Part shown: positions 50,001 through 63,893 of the stretch, piece after piece
How the letters are laid out: each line of letters opens with the position of its first letter
Position numbering within the stretch: position 1 is the first letter of the stretch
Assembly: GCF_964194025.1 (NCBI RefSeq)
Contig: NC_134472.1
Span: 48,422,001 to 48,486,000, forward strand
Direction of reading: 5' to 3'
Source: Convolutriloba macropyga
Lineage: Eukaryota
DNA length: 64,000 nucleotides
Position numbers and translations under genes: made by a program
The notes under the pieces: model-generated
Told to the model about the DNA's origin: nothing
Seen by the model: the letters and a program-made list of their open reading frames with translations, nothing else
Databases searched by the model: none

Positions 50001-53000
50001 TGTTTCACATTGCTGAGCGAGAAGCGAATAAACGAAGAAGTCCGATAAAGTAATGATGCGATTCGATTTAACATTAATTGAAACATTGTTTGACGCTATA
50101 ACATGGTCACGAATCCAACCACTTCTATGCGTTTTCTCGCAGACGTACTGAGTCAGCCGAAATCTTCAAAAAATGAGTTCCACATTTTCGATGCATCGTT
50201 ATTTACATTCAGTGAAATGTTGAAATGAGCCAGAATGTTAAATGAACAATTCTGTCGAATTGTGGCTTTTTTCTTCAAAACAATAGTAATGTGATTAATA
50301 GAAGATTTAACATTTAATCCAGGTGGTCGATAAACAGCGAATACTAAATAACTGTAGCCCCAACAGTTAAAGAGGCATAACAGCATTCAAAAAATTCAGA
50401 GGAAAATTTTTCAAAATTTTCCAAATGGAGATCATGTAAAAGAGGCAAATTCCACTTCCTCTTTTTACAACCCTTGGTGCACTATGGAAGAAATCCAGGT
50501 GACGAAACTGCTTTAGAATAAAATCGTCATCTCAGTTGTTCGTAATCCACTATTCCATAAACACTCCCGAACTGATTTCATTTTCTTCCAAGAGGGCATT
50601 TACATCATTCGTTTGGTTCCTGACAGAGCGTACATATTGTAGACAAATGTTTAGTTCTGTAGATCTTCGTTTCGTCCTTTGTTTTAATGGAGGACAGGCT
50701 AGTAGTCAATTTTGGACCATTTTTTGCCAATCACGGTCGGCTTCATTCAGGTAAAATCTTGACATCGTAACGTTTTCAGGCCAGCAATCAGGTAACTCAA
50801 CTTTCTACTCATCAAAATTAAATACACAATGGAAAGCTTTCAGGTGAGCTTCTGACTTCAAAAATTGGAAAATATGAGTAGCTTAACGCTATTTTCTACA
50901 GAGTACTCCTCCATTTCTGATGCTGTTATGTTCTGACTCAATCGACCTACATATAATTGACGACGCTTTGAGGGTTTTTTCTGACACCCTTGATGACGGC
51001 TGGATTGGTTTTCGTTCCCGTTTTTACCTCCTTAGTTGATCTTACTTTACTTTGTACAGTTTCAAAATCAAATTCATCCTTCTGTCTCTTTTTGTTTACT
51101 GTCGCACTGTGATAACTGGATAAGCTGTCGTTTAGATTCCTGTCGGGTCCACTTTTCGGTTTCTTTATCAACGCTATCTCATTGCGTAGCATTATCACCT
51201 CGCGGATCAGAGAATCAACACAATCGGTTTTTCCTCAACGGCCGTAATTCAGTCCAGCGCATATGGTTCTGCAGTAAAGATAGGAGTACAACCAGCACAT
51301 GACCACTAGATCGTGCCTTTGATATTTGCGGTACTTGAAATTCCCAAACAACCAAAGTGAACAAATATTTTCTTACATTTGACACAAAATGCATCAACTT
51401 GTATATTCCAAGGCTCGTTACAAATATTGCAGAGAGGTTCGGGCGGTGGGGGCACCATTGTAACTTGGGATAAAAGGGGGACTAAGGGAAGTGGCCGCTA
51501 GGGGCTTAAACTAATTAGTCAAACAAAGGTGGATATCACTCCCACCAAATGTTTGAAAAGAAAAAATATTTAGTATGGGCAAAATGTAGGAAACAATCAA
51601 GCAGATGCTGAGATCCCTCTCGCCAAATTTTGATACCAAATATGGAATCGTAGACAATTCTCGTATAAATTCTTCCGCCGGAATCTGACATCCCCCTTTA
51701 ACTGGGGCTACCCAAACAAAGTCCGGCCTCCGATACCACAGTAAATAACCTACTGCTCCTCCTATTAGGGGATCTCAAATAACCTTCAATTAGAGTGTCG
51801 CACATTTACCTCACCTTATCTCTTTGACTCGAAGTTAAGAAAAGTCAACTTCAGAGTGAGATAAGTCAAGTGTGACCATTTTTGAGAGTGAGGTAAGTCA
51901 CGTGTGACCAAAAACTTCACCATGCAAATGAAGAAAAACTAGCTCCAGTAAAAGTGAAAAATGACGTCACGCACGCAATTCGGTCGAAAATTCATGATCA
52001 AATGAACAAAAAGATTTGAAGTGGTTGTGAAGTCATTGTCGTAACAAAAAAACCGACGAAATAAAATAAACCAACGCCCATAATAGCCCCAGCTATCGCT
52101 GTGCGGCTATCAAAAAAATTACCGCTAATTTTAAAAAAATAGGTCTCGAGGGAAGTAAGATTATTTTCTACTAGCTTAAACCCTGAACCCTTGACCGTTT
52201 GGTTTGATGCTATTCGGAAAGTGTATTACACCTGTCATTACTGAGACTAAGGAACAACACAACAACAAGCATGCAGAAAGAAGACATCACTAAATGTCAA
52301 CCCACAAACCCAGCAACATTATTGTAAATACAATGCTTACAATTAACTATGCCTTTTTAGACAACCAAAGACTTATCGTAGACGAGACTAAATCAGCGCA
52401 CAGCAAAAAACAATATACGGACAAAACGATTCCATTTGTTAAAAATAAATAGTGATAAAATTTGTTAACGTCGTTATAAATGAAGGAAAGACATTCACCA
52501 AAAATAATTATACCTAACTAGAGAGCATAGGACCTGCCATTAATGAGACTAAGTGAGAGGACAAAAAAAACTACAAAACTGGGTAATACTAAAAAAATCC
52601 TTGATATTTTTGAAAACGCGTAGTGTCGAAATAGTTAACATCTTTACATATCTTTTAAAACTATTATAAGCCAGCTTCATTGGAAAACCAAGGACAACAA
52701 AAAGAGCAGCAAAAAAGGGGAGAACTCCAAAAAACATACAAATTTTCAATTTTTTGAGGGTCATATTTGTACCAACGTTTGATATTAATTACACCGAAAA
52801 ACGCCTCTGATACTCCTAACTAAAAAGCCAGTGAGGTCAGCCATTAATGAGACAGAAAACAGAATGAACTATAAAAAGCGCAAAACTAAAAAAACGCCAG
52901 TATTTTATTGGAACATGCAATGTCCAAGTCAAAAATCAATCACGGCGCTTTGATGAATTTAGAAAAATATACACTATTAGAACACATGTATGACCTGCTA

Positions 53001-55981
53001 AAAACCTTCCTTTAAAAATCGGAAGAAAAACGTCAAACACGAAGTTAAATTACCACACATGAAAAAAGTTAGCTTTAAACAACTACGCGTTTGCAAATTC
53101 GTAGTAATTTTCACGGAAATAATGATTACAATAACTAAGCCTTACACGCATTTCTCTCAGAGATCTGGCGTGCGCTGGCTTTGGTTTTAGTCTGCGTAAG
53201 ATCAGGGAGGCTAAACTGAGAGGCCAATGTCAACATAAAAGAGGGTCCAAAACAACTAATATTAGCTTTTACATTGAGATACTGCTGTCGAACATAATAT
53301 TTTTTACGAAAACACCACTACAACTGCACGGCGACAATGCCCTGGCGTAATACAATTTCATCCCGTTTCTGAAGACGAAAGTCAAATTGGGCAGAAAAAA
53401 CTGTTTGAGAACACTGAATCGCAAGAATTAATCGCTTGTTTAACTAAATTCTCTTAAATGCTACCTTTGAGCGGACTAAAGGGATCATGGACGTTGATGA
53501 AATTCGGGTCACAAAATATGAGACTGTGATCAGGTCTCGGCATCTCCAGAGGCAGATAACTCGTCCATTCGAAGTCAGCAGGTTGACAAGATGTATGTGC
53601 AAAGCCATTTATGTACCCAGATTGCAGAGAGATAGTTTCCAGTAGTCCTTCCAGACGCATATAGCTGTTCGCTCGTTGGCTCCTGTGCCTAACAAAAACA
53701 TCACATTTGAGCGCTGCCGAAGCTAAATGCGCAAACATTACAGCTTTTCTCCAGGAAACCTGTAAATTAAAAAGTATAACCGCTGAATAAAATACATAGT
53801 AATCAACATTCCATTACAATAATCATATATATCAATATTAATGATTCCCAGAGAGCTCCTCGTGTACGCTTTCATATATAAACATAAACCGACTAGACTA
53901 ACGTCGGACGAATTGCTCGGAGAGGTAGGTGGGCGGCGAGGTGATAGATAGTTGGGGTGTGGGTATTGAGGTGGTATGTGTGGGACTGTTTGGTGGGGTC
54001 TTTCCCATTACAACCCAACGAAAATATGGTCCCCATTATGGTAGAATTACCATGATTTTGGACTATAGGTTATATGACCCCTAAGATGGGAGATATAATG
54101 GGAAGACCGGATGTTTGTAGTAATTTAATTTTATATTTATTTAAATTTTAATCTAATTTAATTTTTATTTGTTCTGCTTTCTCGAACCAAAACATCAGTT
54201 TCCAATCTACCTCTGGGTATTGCTCAGCTTTCTAGTCAATAGTTGTTTATTTCAGTGATTTTTACTGCTAAAATGTCTCAAAATACAAGTTTTAACGTGT
54301 ACAAACCATTCAGCTGCCCATTCGGGGGTACATTAAGCTGTTTTCATGCACTCTTAATGAACATTCGTCCGGGTTTTGAATTAGCAGAAATTAAAACCTA
54401 GAAATAGACACACTTTGAGGAGTTTCTCGATGAAAAAAATGAAATCTAAAAATCCCTCCTAATGTACCCTAGTCCCCCTGCTTCCCACCACCGTCCTCAA
54501 AAGAGCCCATTTTTTTCAAATTTTCCCATTCTAAATGTTCCCTTTCTAAAATGCTACTTCCTTTATATTAATTTAAAATAGATTTTTGGAGTTTCAAGAT
54601 AGTGTTTCTGAACAATGGGTGAAAAAACAAGGAAAAATTGACAAAAAGAGCTTTCCTCGCATATATAATTCCACTTTTTTATTTTGGGAAATAATGAAAG
54701 TATTCGAATTCAAGCCAGATAGCCCACTTACGCAGCTGTTTCCCGATCTATTCCAAACATCAGCGGGAACAAATTCGGCTCCGTGAAAGCAGCAAAGGAC
54801 GATAACTTCACAAATGATGCAACATTGAAACTATGATCGCGTCCCCATTTTCTGAGCAAAGCAAAAGTTTTAGGAAGCTGACGCCGAAATGCTGGTCGTG
54901 ATAATGCGTCGACAAACAGAATCAAAACGTTAGGCCGTTTCAAATCTCTTCTTTTTGAGGCTGCTGAGATAGCAAGTCTCGTTTGGACTTTAGTCTCATT
55001 TCTCACAACACGTACAGCAAACTTTGGATTCTCGCTGATGTGCAGTAACTGTTCTACATTTGTACAATTCTTTAAATCAGAACAGCTTCTAACATGATCA
55101 CGAATATATTTCCACAATGCTGGCATATTCGCAAGAAGGCGCGAGGACAAACCGGACAGCCTGTGAAATCCGATCACGTCCGCGCTCTTCACAGCTTCTG
55201 GAATCCATTCTGTTACGTAAGAGTTCCTGCATGAGCTTAAAGACGCAAAATTGAAAACACCCCTGAGTCTATCCAATATGTAATACCGAGGGTTTATCCA
55301 TTTGCAGATGCTATTGAAATTGCCATTATTCACTCCAACATTTATCCCAGCAGAACCACTGAAGTATTTGACACCAGTGTTTTGCCACAGTGTTACATTA
55401 TATAACACTAAAAAGGCAATAGCTAAAACTATTAGAAGTTTTATTTTGTTCACGGGAATCTTGTATCTTATAGAACATCTTTTGGATAAGTTATCAAAAA
55501 CTTTCCAAAGAAAGCATAGAACCAATGCTAACAATTGGATTGCAACTAATGCTAATCTGTTTAGGCCCCCGTGCTCTTTCCAAGACGTTCTCCAACCAAA
55601 GTTATAAACAACGATTAACGACGGTAGTATTACAACCAAATAAAATAACTTGGGTATAATTCCCAAGATTGTAGCGACGTGAAGATACGCAAAAAGTCCA
55701 CTAGACAGTAAGAGGACAAAACTAATGTACCTTAAACCATTTTCTTCAAATAACCACGCTATGCACTTATCATCAGCACTTCGCGGACATGGTGCAAGCG
55801 ATAGTTGATAAAGATATATAGCAACCAAAACTAGTACAACATGCAAAGTCAAATGATTTGCAGAAAATTTTACAGCAGCTCTAAAACAGCGAGAGAACCA
55901 TAACAGTAAAACAAAGCTCAATTTTGAGGGTTGAACCATTCGATTGGTACGACAGTCGATGTCATTGCATTTCTGAAACAT
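44130..55981 (-). CDS. DUF229-family (alkaline phosphatase/sulfatase-superfamily) protein with multi-TM N-terminus; exons 55981-54732, ~53759-53465, 45057-44881, 44554-44130
   Basis: NVLILFVDALSR..F.RQLPKT, T.PN, FCDPNF, GPFS.LKRCMYG, AHESTGEV..IDRDL, FFLLSDHG, E..DP and LVTMYDVRKT. Exon 2/3 and 3/4 junctions are in phase; the exon 1/2 junction is unresolved. Confidence 0.88.
46953..47080. repeat. (GA)n microsatellite
   Basis: Long GAGAGA runs. Confidence 0.95.
47470..48050. repeat. Diverged ~150 bp minisatellite
   Basis: CAGTAAC(C/T)TATTATCAAACC-like motif recurs near 47545, 47700, 47840 and 47980. Confidence 0.65.
48730..51450 (-). mobile_element. Dead CR1/L2-type LINE (PHD-finger ORF1, AP endonuclease, deleted RT, (TAA)n tail) in DUF229 intron
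   Basis: CVKCKKIFVHFGC...WSCAGC; NVRSVRNQ...ME.W, YRPP, THRSG; C-terminal RSISFVAPFQWNKLP; TTA repeats at 48730-48744. Confidence 0.85.
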
Positions 55982-57714
55982 GTTAAAAGCTGCACCAACA
56001 TTAAAGTTTCTTCTTTCGTCGGTTACCTTCCCATGCAGAGGGCACCTATTCCATCGAACTAATTTTCAGGGGTGTTGCCTTTAACGTAAATACAGCAACT
56101 GTTTGTATAATCAGTATAAAACATGACGAAAAGTATTCCTAATTCGCAGGTCTTTAGTAGTACATTCGTTAACAAATATATAAACGTTCAAATAACAAAC
56201 ATGAGACTGACATGGGGCGAATTCCTCTCAAACTAGTGTCGAGCTGTTGGCTTTGTCTGTAAATCGATCGGCCTTAGGAAACCAGCAGCTCAAGCTTAAC
56301 TGACATATGTCTTCTAAGCAGCTTCGTTCATTTGGATCTTTTAGAGACTAGCAAGGCTCAGAACTGCTCAGCAAACTAATTCCCTCCAGACTTCATTAAT
56401 TTATTCCGTTGTTGATGACAAAAAGTCAAGTAGTAGGTAACCCAAAAAAAAAAAAAAACAAACAAAAGTTGGCAGTACAAAAAATCTAAGTGCGAAAAAC
56501 GACCAACTGGCCTAATAACTGATACTAGCTTAATTTGAGAGCAGCAAAATGCCTGTTTTTGAAGCCCTTTTTCAAAAATATGGTTGAACTAATGTCAACC
56601 AAGTTTTAGTTCAAATTTTCAAAATTCGGCTTTTCATGTATTTTTGCACATGACAAAAACAAAGTTTGACAACACAATGCTCCAAAAAATATTATAGGGA
56701 AACGCAAAGCTCTAGATAAGGAGAGGGAAATATCTCATCAATAGAGTGAAAATCAGTGACCTCTAGATTTTTTATGTGATCAGTTTAATTTGTCAATAAC
56801 AAGTTTTCGAAACGAGATGCAATATGTAATAATCAGAAAAATTTTCGATTTTATATTGAATCAAATTGTACAATTACATGTATTGTGTCTAAATAGATTT
56901 TAGATCTTTTTATTTTATTGTACATCTATTTAAACACAAAATCACAATGACCGCTTAGCTCGAAAATGTTTGATTTTTTTAAATTCTACGGTTAATGGTG
57001 CAGAGCGTTGTTAATCAGACCAAGATAAACTATCTGCCCAACTTAACAACAGGTCCTGTATTTCAAACGGAACACTAGAAATTGGCTCCAAACCGCGCAG
57101 AACTTTTTGATCAATAAGCTGTTGGGTAAGAGAAAGGACACGAGCGAGTGGCATGAACGTAAAACATAAGCATTTTGAGCCACAAATCGATTGCTTACTA
57201 ATCCTGTGCTGTGAAAAATTGAGAGTAACTAATCTAAACCCAGAGTACACCTAGAGCGATAATAGACTCCTGACGCACGTGTACAACTGACATCTTCCAA
57301 GCGTAATTCAGCAAAGGAAATCGCGTTCCATGGGTGGCCAGGTTCTATGGGGCAAAGCCAAAAACGCAGTTGGAGAGCTACCGTGCGCTGCGCCAGCAGG
57401 CAACAACGGAGATCTGGCGCCTGGACGTTCTGCTCCACCATCAAGAGGACACCAAGACATTTCTGAGGAAACAATGAGGTACGAATCTGTGCAACAGAGA
57501 GCGAAAGTCTTGTGGGAGAGCAAAGTTGGGGGAAAACAGAACAAGCTTTTAGTTTCCAAAAATCCGCTATAGAAACGTAGTAATGCGTATGATTTTTCCT
57601 CAACAATGCTTCCGTTATAACTAAACGCAAAGAATTGCTTTAAAATACATTTCAAAAATAAAATGATAATCTGTAAGTTGTAATTGATAATGAAGACTTT
57701 TCGGGGAAATACAT

Positions 57715-59520
57715 TTGTTTTTGTTGTGGTTTCGCGACTTCCGTCGCAGGGTTATTAGACTCAGTCATCAAAATAATGTCCACTTAATTCTACAGAGATG
57801 GCAATCACAGAACAATTGCCATCTGCAGACCTTTTTTTGCAGAGTAAACTTTGAAAAAAAGGCCACAATTTCACTATTATTCTATGTTTCAGCCCGGCTT
57901 CCTTCTCAAATTCAACGTATTCTTCCACTCTATTCACAAGTCGACAATTTGGAAGACAAACTATCTTCGAGCATTCTCGGTACGTTTGTTGTCGAGTATA
58001 AAGATGTCATTTTTCCATCCTTTTTCTTGCACAGCTTGCGGCAGTTTGATGCAGTTCGAATCTTCGTTCATCATCTTTGACAGAAACAACAGATGATTTT
58101 GATGCAGGATATTTAGCCGTCCAAGTTGGTCTTCATAACTGACATCTCTGAGTCCAGTGATCCACTTGAAAGATTCCTTATGGGAACTCTCAAGCTGTTT
58201 TATTTCAGTTCTTGATGCCGTTATGCAAATGAAACCATACAACTTAACTGGAACAACCAAAGAATTGTGGAGTCCAAACTTGATCATAGTTTTTACACCC
58301 ATTAAAGCAGTCATGCTAAGTAAATTGAGCACTTTGTTCGCTTTCATTAAACTTTCTTCGACGTGAGGCTTCCGAGCAGGGAACTAGACACATTTATCTT
58401 TTCCCTGAAGGTGGCCTTCGTGAATTTTGCACGGCAAGATCCATTTCCTTCATTCCCAATCAGTTTTGGATTGTATTCAAGTCTTCGTGTGCCTACCATT
58501 AATTTGGATTACCAGCAAAATTGAATTAATCTGGGAACATGAGGAATTCGGCGTGTCATTACTAAATTTTAAGAAAAGCGGGCCCAAGAGAGATCCTAGG
58601 TACACCACTTGTCATAGTTAGTGTTTGTGATCTAGTGTTGTCGACGCATGCAAATTGTTTCCTTCCGTTTACGTAGCAGAACAAGATCTCCAGTACACAC
58701 CCTCCTACTTCTATGTCTAAAAATTTCTCTAAGAGCTTATAATGAGGTACTTTGGAGAATGACTTTAACTTGGAGAAGTCTGTGTAGAAGGACACAATCT
58801 CAGAGTTGAGGTCTTCATCAAGGGTTTCATATGTCTTTTTTCAAAAGGATAGCATATTGATTGTCGTCGATCGATTCATTCCAAAACCGTGTTGGTGCAT
58901 TGTCAGGAGGCAGGAGAAGTGGCTGTTAAATGCAACGTTGGAGCATATTTGGAAAGTTTTGCTCTCTATATCCAAAGTGAGACAAGACAGGTCTGTTTTT
59001 CTTTACACAACTTCTGCAACACTTCTTGATAATTGGTGAAACTGCTACCATCTGGGATCTTGCGCAAACGTTCCATATTCTTGAAAACTTTGTTCAAGAT
59101 TTTGCTCATGCTTTGAACTGTTTTTTTAGGAAGAATGAGGGAGGCAGTTCATTCGGTCACAGCGACTTTGGTATGTCCAGGGATGAAACTATGGAGTTGG
59201 TCGCTCAGTTTTGATGTGAGTCACACTTTTAGGCGAAAAAACGAAATTAAAGAACTAGATTAGCATATTAACTTGCTCTTCAATCTTTGTTGACTAATTG
59301 CTGTCATATATCATGAAATTGGGTAAACTTTAAGACTTGTTTAAGATTTTTGGATGTTTGACATTTAAATCCGCGTTTCGTGAGCCCAGCAGTTCTTCGT
59401 GACACTTTAGGGGTCTCTTTCTGAGGACAATTACAACGTTATCAGACGTTGTAGTTTAAGTACAATTTTTTCCCGGAAATAGTTCTTCTGACAGTCAGAT
59501 TTTCTACGCAGAAAATAATT
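57715..59520 (-). mobile_element. Dead CR1-like LINE, 3' part (RT C-terminal region, 3' stem-loop, CAA-rich tail)
   Basis: YTDFSK..F.KVPH, TSGVP..SLGP, KANKVL, DVSYEDQL.RLN; hairpin GCGAC-GGAA-GTCGC at 57734-57747 just before the tail. Confidence 0.85.
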
Positions 59521-62500
59521 TGATCATCAAGCAGGATCCATCTCATTCATTCCCAATCAGTTTTGGATTGTATTCAGGTCTTCGTGTGTCTGCCACTAAT
59601 TTGGATCACCAACAAAATTGAATTAATCTGGAAACATGAGAAATTCGGCGGGTCACTAATAAATATTTAGGAAAGCGGGCCCAAGAGAGATCCTAGGTAC
59701 ACCACTTGTCATAGTTAGTGTTTGTGATCTAGTGTTGTCGACGCATGCAAATTGTTTCTTTCCGTTTATGGAGAAGAACAAGATCTCCAGTACACAACCT
59801 CCTAGTTCCATGACTACAATTTTCTCTAAGAGCTCATAATGAGGTACTTTGGCGAATGACTTTAACTTAGATAAGTCTGTTTAGAAGCACACAATCTCAG
59901 GGTTGAGATCTTCATCAAGGGCTTCATATGTCTTTTTTCAAAAGGATAGCATATTGATCGTGGTCCATCGATTCCCTGCAAAACCGCATTGGTGCATTGT
60001 CAGGAGGCAGGAGAAGTGGTTGTTAAATGTAACGTTTGAGCATATTCTGAAAATTTTGCTCTCTATATCCAAAATGAGACAGGTCTCTTTTTCTTCACAC
60101 ATCATCCGCAACACTTCTTGTTAATTGGAGAAAATGCAACCATCTGGGATCTTGCGCAAACGTTTTACATTCTTGAAAACTTTGTTCATGGTTTTGCTCA
60201 TGCTTTGAACTGTTTTTTTTTTAGGAAGAATGAGGGAGGCAGTTCATTCGGTCACAGCGACTTTGGTATGTCCAGGGATGAAACTATGGAGTTGGTTGCT
60301 CAGTATTGCTGGCAGTCACAATTTTAGGCGAAAAAAGGAATTAAGGAACTAGACTCGCATATTCAATTGCTCTTCAATCTTTGTTGACTAATTAGTGTCA
60401 TATATCATGAAATTGGGTAAACTTTCAGACTTGTTTAATTTTTTCAGTTGTTTGAAATTTAAAACCGTGTTTTTTGAGCCCAGCAGTTCTTCGTGACACT
60501 TTAGGCGGTCTCTTTTTGAGGACAATGACAACGTTATCAGACTTTGTAGTTTAAGTACAATTTTTTCCCGGAAATAGTTTTCCTGTCCGTCAGATTTTCT
60601 ACGCAGAAAATAATTTGATCATCAAGCAGGATCCATCTCATTCATTCCCAATCAGTTTTGGATTGTATTCAGGTCTTCGTGCGTCTACCATTAATTTGGA
60701 TCACCAACAAAATTGAATTAATCTGGAAACATGAGGAATTCGGCGAGTCACTAATAAATATTTAGGAAAGCGGGCCCAAGAGAGATCCTAGGTACACCAC
60801 TTGTCATAGTTAGTGTTTGTGATCTAGTGTTGTCGACGCATGCAAATTGTTTCTTTCCGTTTATGCAGAAGAACAAGATCTCCAGTACACAACCTCCTAC
60901 TTCCATGACTACAATTTTCTCTAAGAGCTCATAATGAGGTACTTTGGCGAATGACTTTAACTTAGATAAGTCTGTTTAGAAGCACACAATCTCAGGGTTG
61001 AGATCTTCATCAAGGGCTTCATATGTCTTTTTTCAAAAGGATAGCATATTGATCGTGGTCCATCGATTCCCTGCAAAACCGTATTGGTGCATTGTCAGGA
61101 GGCAGGAGAAGTGGTTGTTAAATGTAACATTTGAGCATATTTTGAAAATTTTGCTCTCTATATCCAAAATGAGACAGGTCTCTTTTTCTTCACACATCAT
61201 CCGCAACACTTCTTGTTAATTGGAGAAAATGCAACCATCTGGGATCTTGCGCAAACGTTTCACATTCTTGAAAACTTTGTTCATGATTTTGCGCATGCTT
61301 TGAACTGTTTTTTTTAGGAAGGATGAGGGAGGCAGTTCATTCGGTCACAGCGACTTTGGTATGTCCAGGGATGAAACTATGGAGTTGGTTGCTCAGTATT
61401 GCTGTCAGTCACAATTTTAGCCGAAAAAACGGAATTAAAGAACTAGACTCGCATATTCAATTGCTCTTGAATCTTTGTTGACTAATTAGTGTCATATATC
61501 ATGAAATTGGGTAAACTTTCAGACTTGTTTAATTTTTTCAGTTGTTTGAAATTTAAAACCGTGTTTTTTGAGCCCAGCAGTTCTTCGTGACACTTTAGGC
61601 GGTCTCTTTTTGAGGACAATGACAACGTTATCAGACTTTGTAGTTTAAGTACAATTCTTTCCCGGAAATAGTTCTCCTGTCCGTCAGATTTTCTACGCAG
61701 AAAATAATTTGATCATCAAGCAGGATCCATCTCATTCATTCCCAATCAGTTTTGGATTGCATTCAGGTCTTCGTGTGTCTACCATTAATTTGGATCACCA
61801 ACAAAATTGAATTAATCTGGAAACATGAGGAATTCGGCGAGTCACTAATAAATATTTAGGAAAGCGGGGCCAAGAGAGATCCTAGGTACACCACTTGTCA
61901 TAGTTAGTGTTTGTGATCTAGTGTTGTCGACGCATGCAAATTGTTTCTTTCCGTTTATGCAGAAGAACAAGATCTCCAGTACACAACCTCCTACTTCCAT
62001 GACTACAATTTTCTCTAAGAGCTCATAATGAGGTACTTTGGCGAATGACTTTAACTTAGATAAGTCTGTTTAGAAGCACACAATCTCAGGGTTGAGATCT
62101 TCATCAAGGGCTTCATATGTCTTTTTTCAAAAGGATAGCATATTGATCGTGGTCGAACAATTCCCTGCAAAACCGTATTGGTGCATTGTCAGGAGGCAGG
62201 AGAAGTGGTTGTTAAATATAACGTTTGAGCATATTTTGAAATTTTTGCTCTCTATATCCAAAATGAGACAGGTCTCTTTTTCTTCACACATCATCCGCAA
62301 CACTTCTTGTTAATTGGAGAAAATGCAACCATCTGGGATCTTGCGCAAATGTTTCACATTCTTGAAAACTTTGTTCATGATTTTGCTCATGCTTTGAACT
62401 GTTTTTTTAGGAAGAATGAGGGAGGCAGTTCATTCGGCCACAGCGACTTTGGTATGTCCAGGGATGAAACTATGGAGTTGGTGGCTCAGTATTGCTGTCA

Positions 62501-63893
62501 GTCACAATTTTAGGCGAAAGAACGGAATTAAATAACTAGACTCGCATATTCAATTGCTCTTGAATCTTTGTTGACTAATTAGTGTCATATATCATGAAAT
62601 TGGGTAAACTTTCAGACTTGTTTAATTCTTTCAGTTGTTTGAAATTTAAAACCGTGTTTTTTGAGCCCAGCAGTTCTTCGTGACACTTTAGGCGGTCTCT
62701 TTTGAGGACAATGACAACGTTATCAGACTTTGTAGTTTAAGTACAATTTTTTCCCGGAAATAGTTCTCCTGTCCGTCAGATTTTCTACGCAGAAAATAAT
62801 TTGGTCATCAAGCAGGATCCATCTCATTCATTCCCAATCAGGTTTGGATTGTATTCAGGTCTTCGTGTGTCTACCATTATTTTGGATCACCAACAAAATT
62901 GAATTAATCTGGAAACATGAGGAATCCGGCGAGTCACTAATAAATATTTAGGAAAACGGGCCCAAGAGAGATCCTAGGTACACCACTTGTCATAGTTAGT
63001 GTTTGTGATCTAGTGTTGTCAACGCATGCAAATTGCTTCCTTCCGTTTATGTAGTAGAACAAGATCTCCAGTACACAACCTCCTACTTCCTTGACTACAA
63101 TTTTCTCTAAGAGCTCACAATGAGGTACTTTGGCGAATGACTTTAACTTAGATAAGTCTGTTTAGAAGCACACAATCTCAGGGTTGAGATCTTCATCAAG
63201 GGCTTTATATGTCTTTTTTCAAAAGGATAGCATATTGATCGTGGTCGAACGATTCCCTGCAAAACCGTATTGGTGCATTGTCAGGAGGCAGGAGAAGTGG
63301 TTGTTAAATGTAACGTTTGAGCATGTTTTGAAAATTTTGCTCTCTTTATCCAAAATGAGACAGGTTTCTTTTTCTTCACACATCATCCGCAACACTTCTT
63401 GTTAATTGGAGAAAATTCAACCATCTGGGATCTTGCGCAAACGTTTCACATTCTTGAAAACTTTGTTCAAGATTTTGCTCATGCTTCGAACTGTTTTTTT
63501 AGGAAGAATGAGGGAGGCAGTTCATTCGGTCACAGCGACTTTGGTATGTCCAGGGATGAAACTATGGAGTTGGTTGCTCAGTATTGCTGTCAGTCACAAT
63601 TTTAGGCGAAAAAACGGAATTAAAGAACTAGACTAGCATATTCAATTGCTCTTCAATCTTTGTTGACTAATTAGTGTCATATATCATGAAATTGGGTAAA
63701 CTTTCAGACTTGTTTAATTTTTTCAGATATTTGAAATTTAAAACCGTGTTTTTTGAGCCCAGCAGTTCTTCGTGACACTTTAGGCGGTCTCTTTTTGAGG
63801 ACAATGACAACGTTTTCAGACTTTGTAGTTTAAGTACATTTTTTCCCGAAACTAGTTCGCCTGTCAGTCATATTTTCTACGCAGATCATCAAG
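58425..63893 (-). repeat. Five-unit ~1.09 kb tandem array derived from the LINE RT region
   Basis: Homologous antisense ORFs start at 58806, 59903, 60998, 62092 and 63184 (spacing 1097/1095/1094/1092); recurring junction GATCATCAAGCAGGATCCATCTC. Confidence 0.97.

Noticed and set aside
58806-63636. Tandem family of small + strand genes (MRSSSR.., MLIGEN..)
   Set aside because: Antisense frames of the LINE-derived satellite units.
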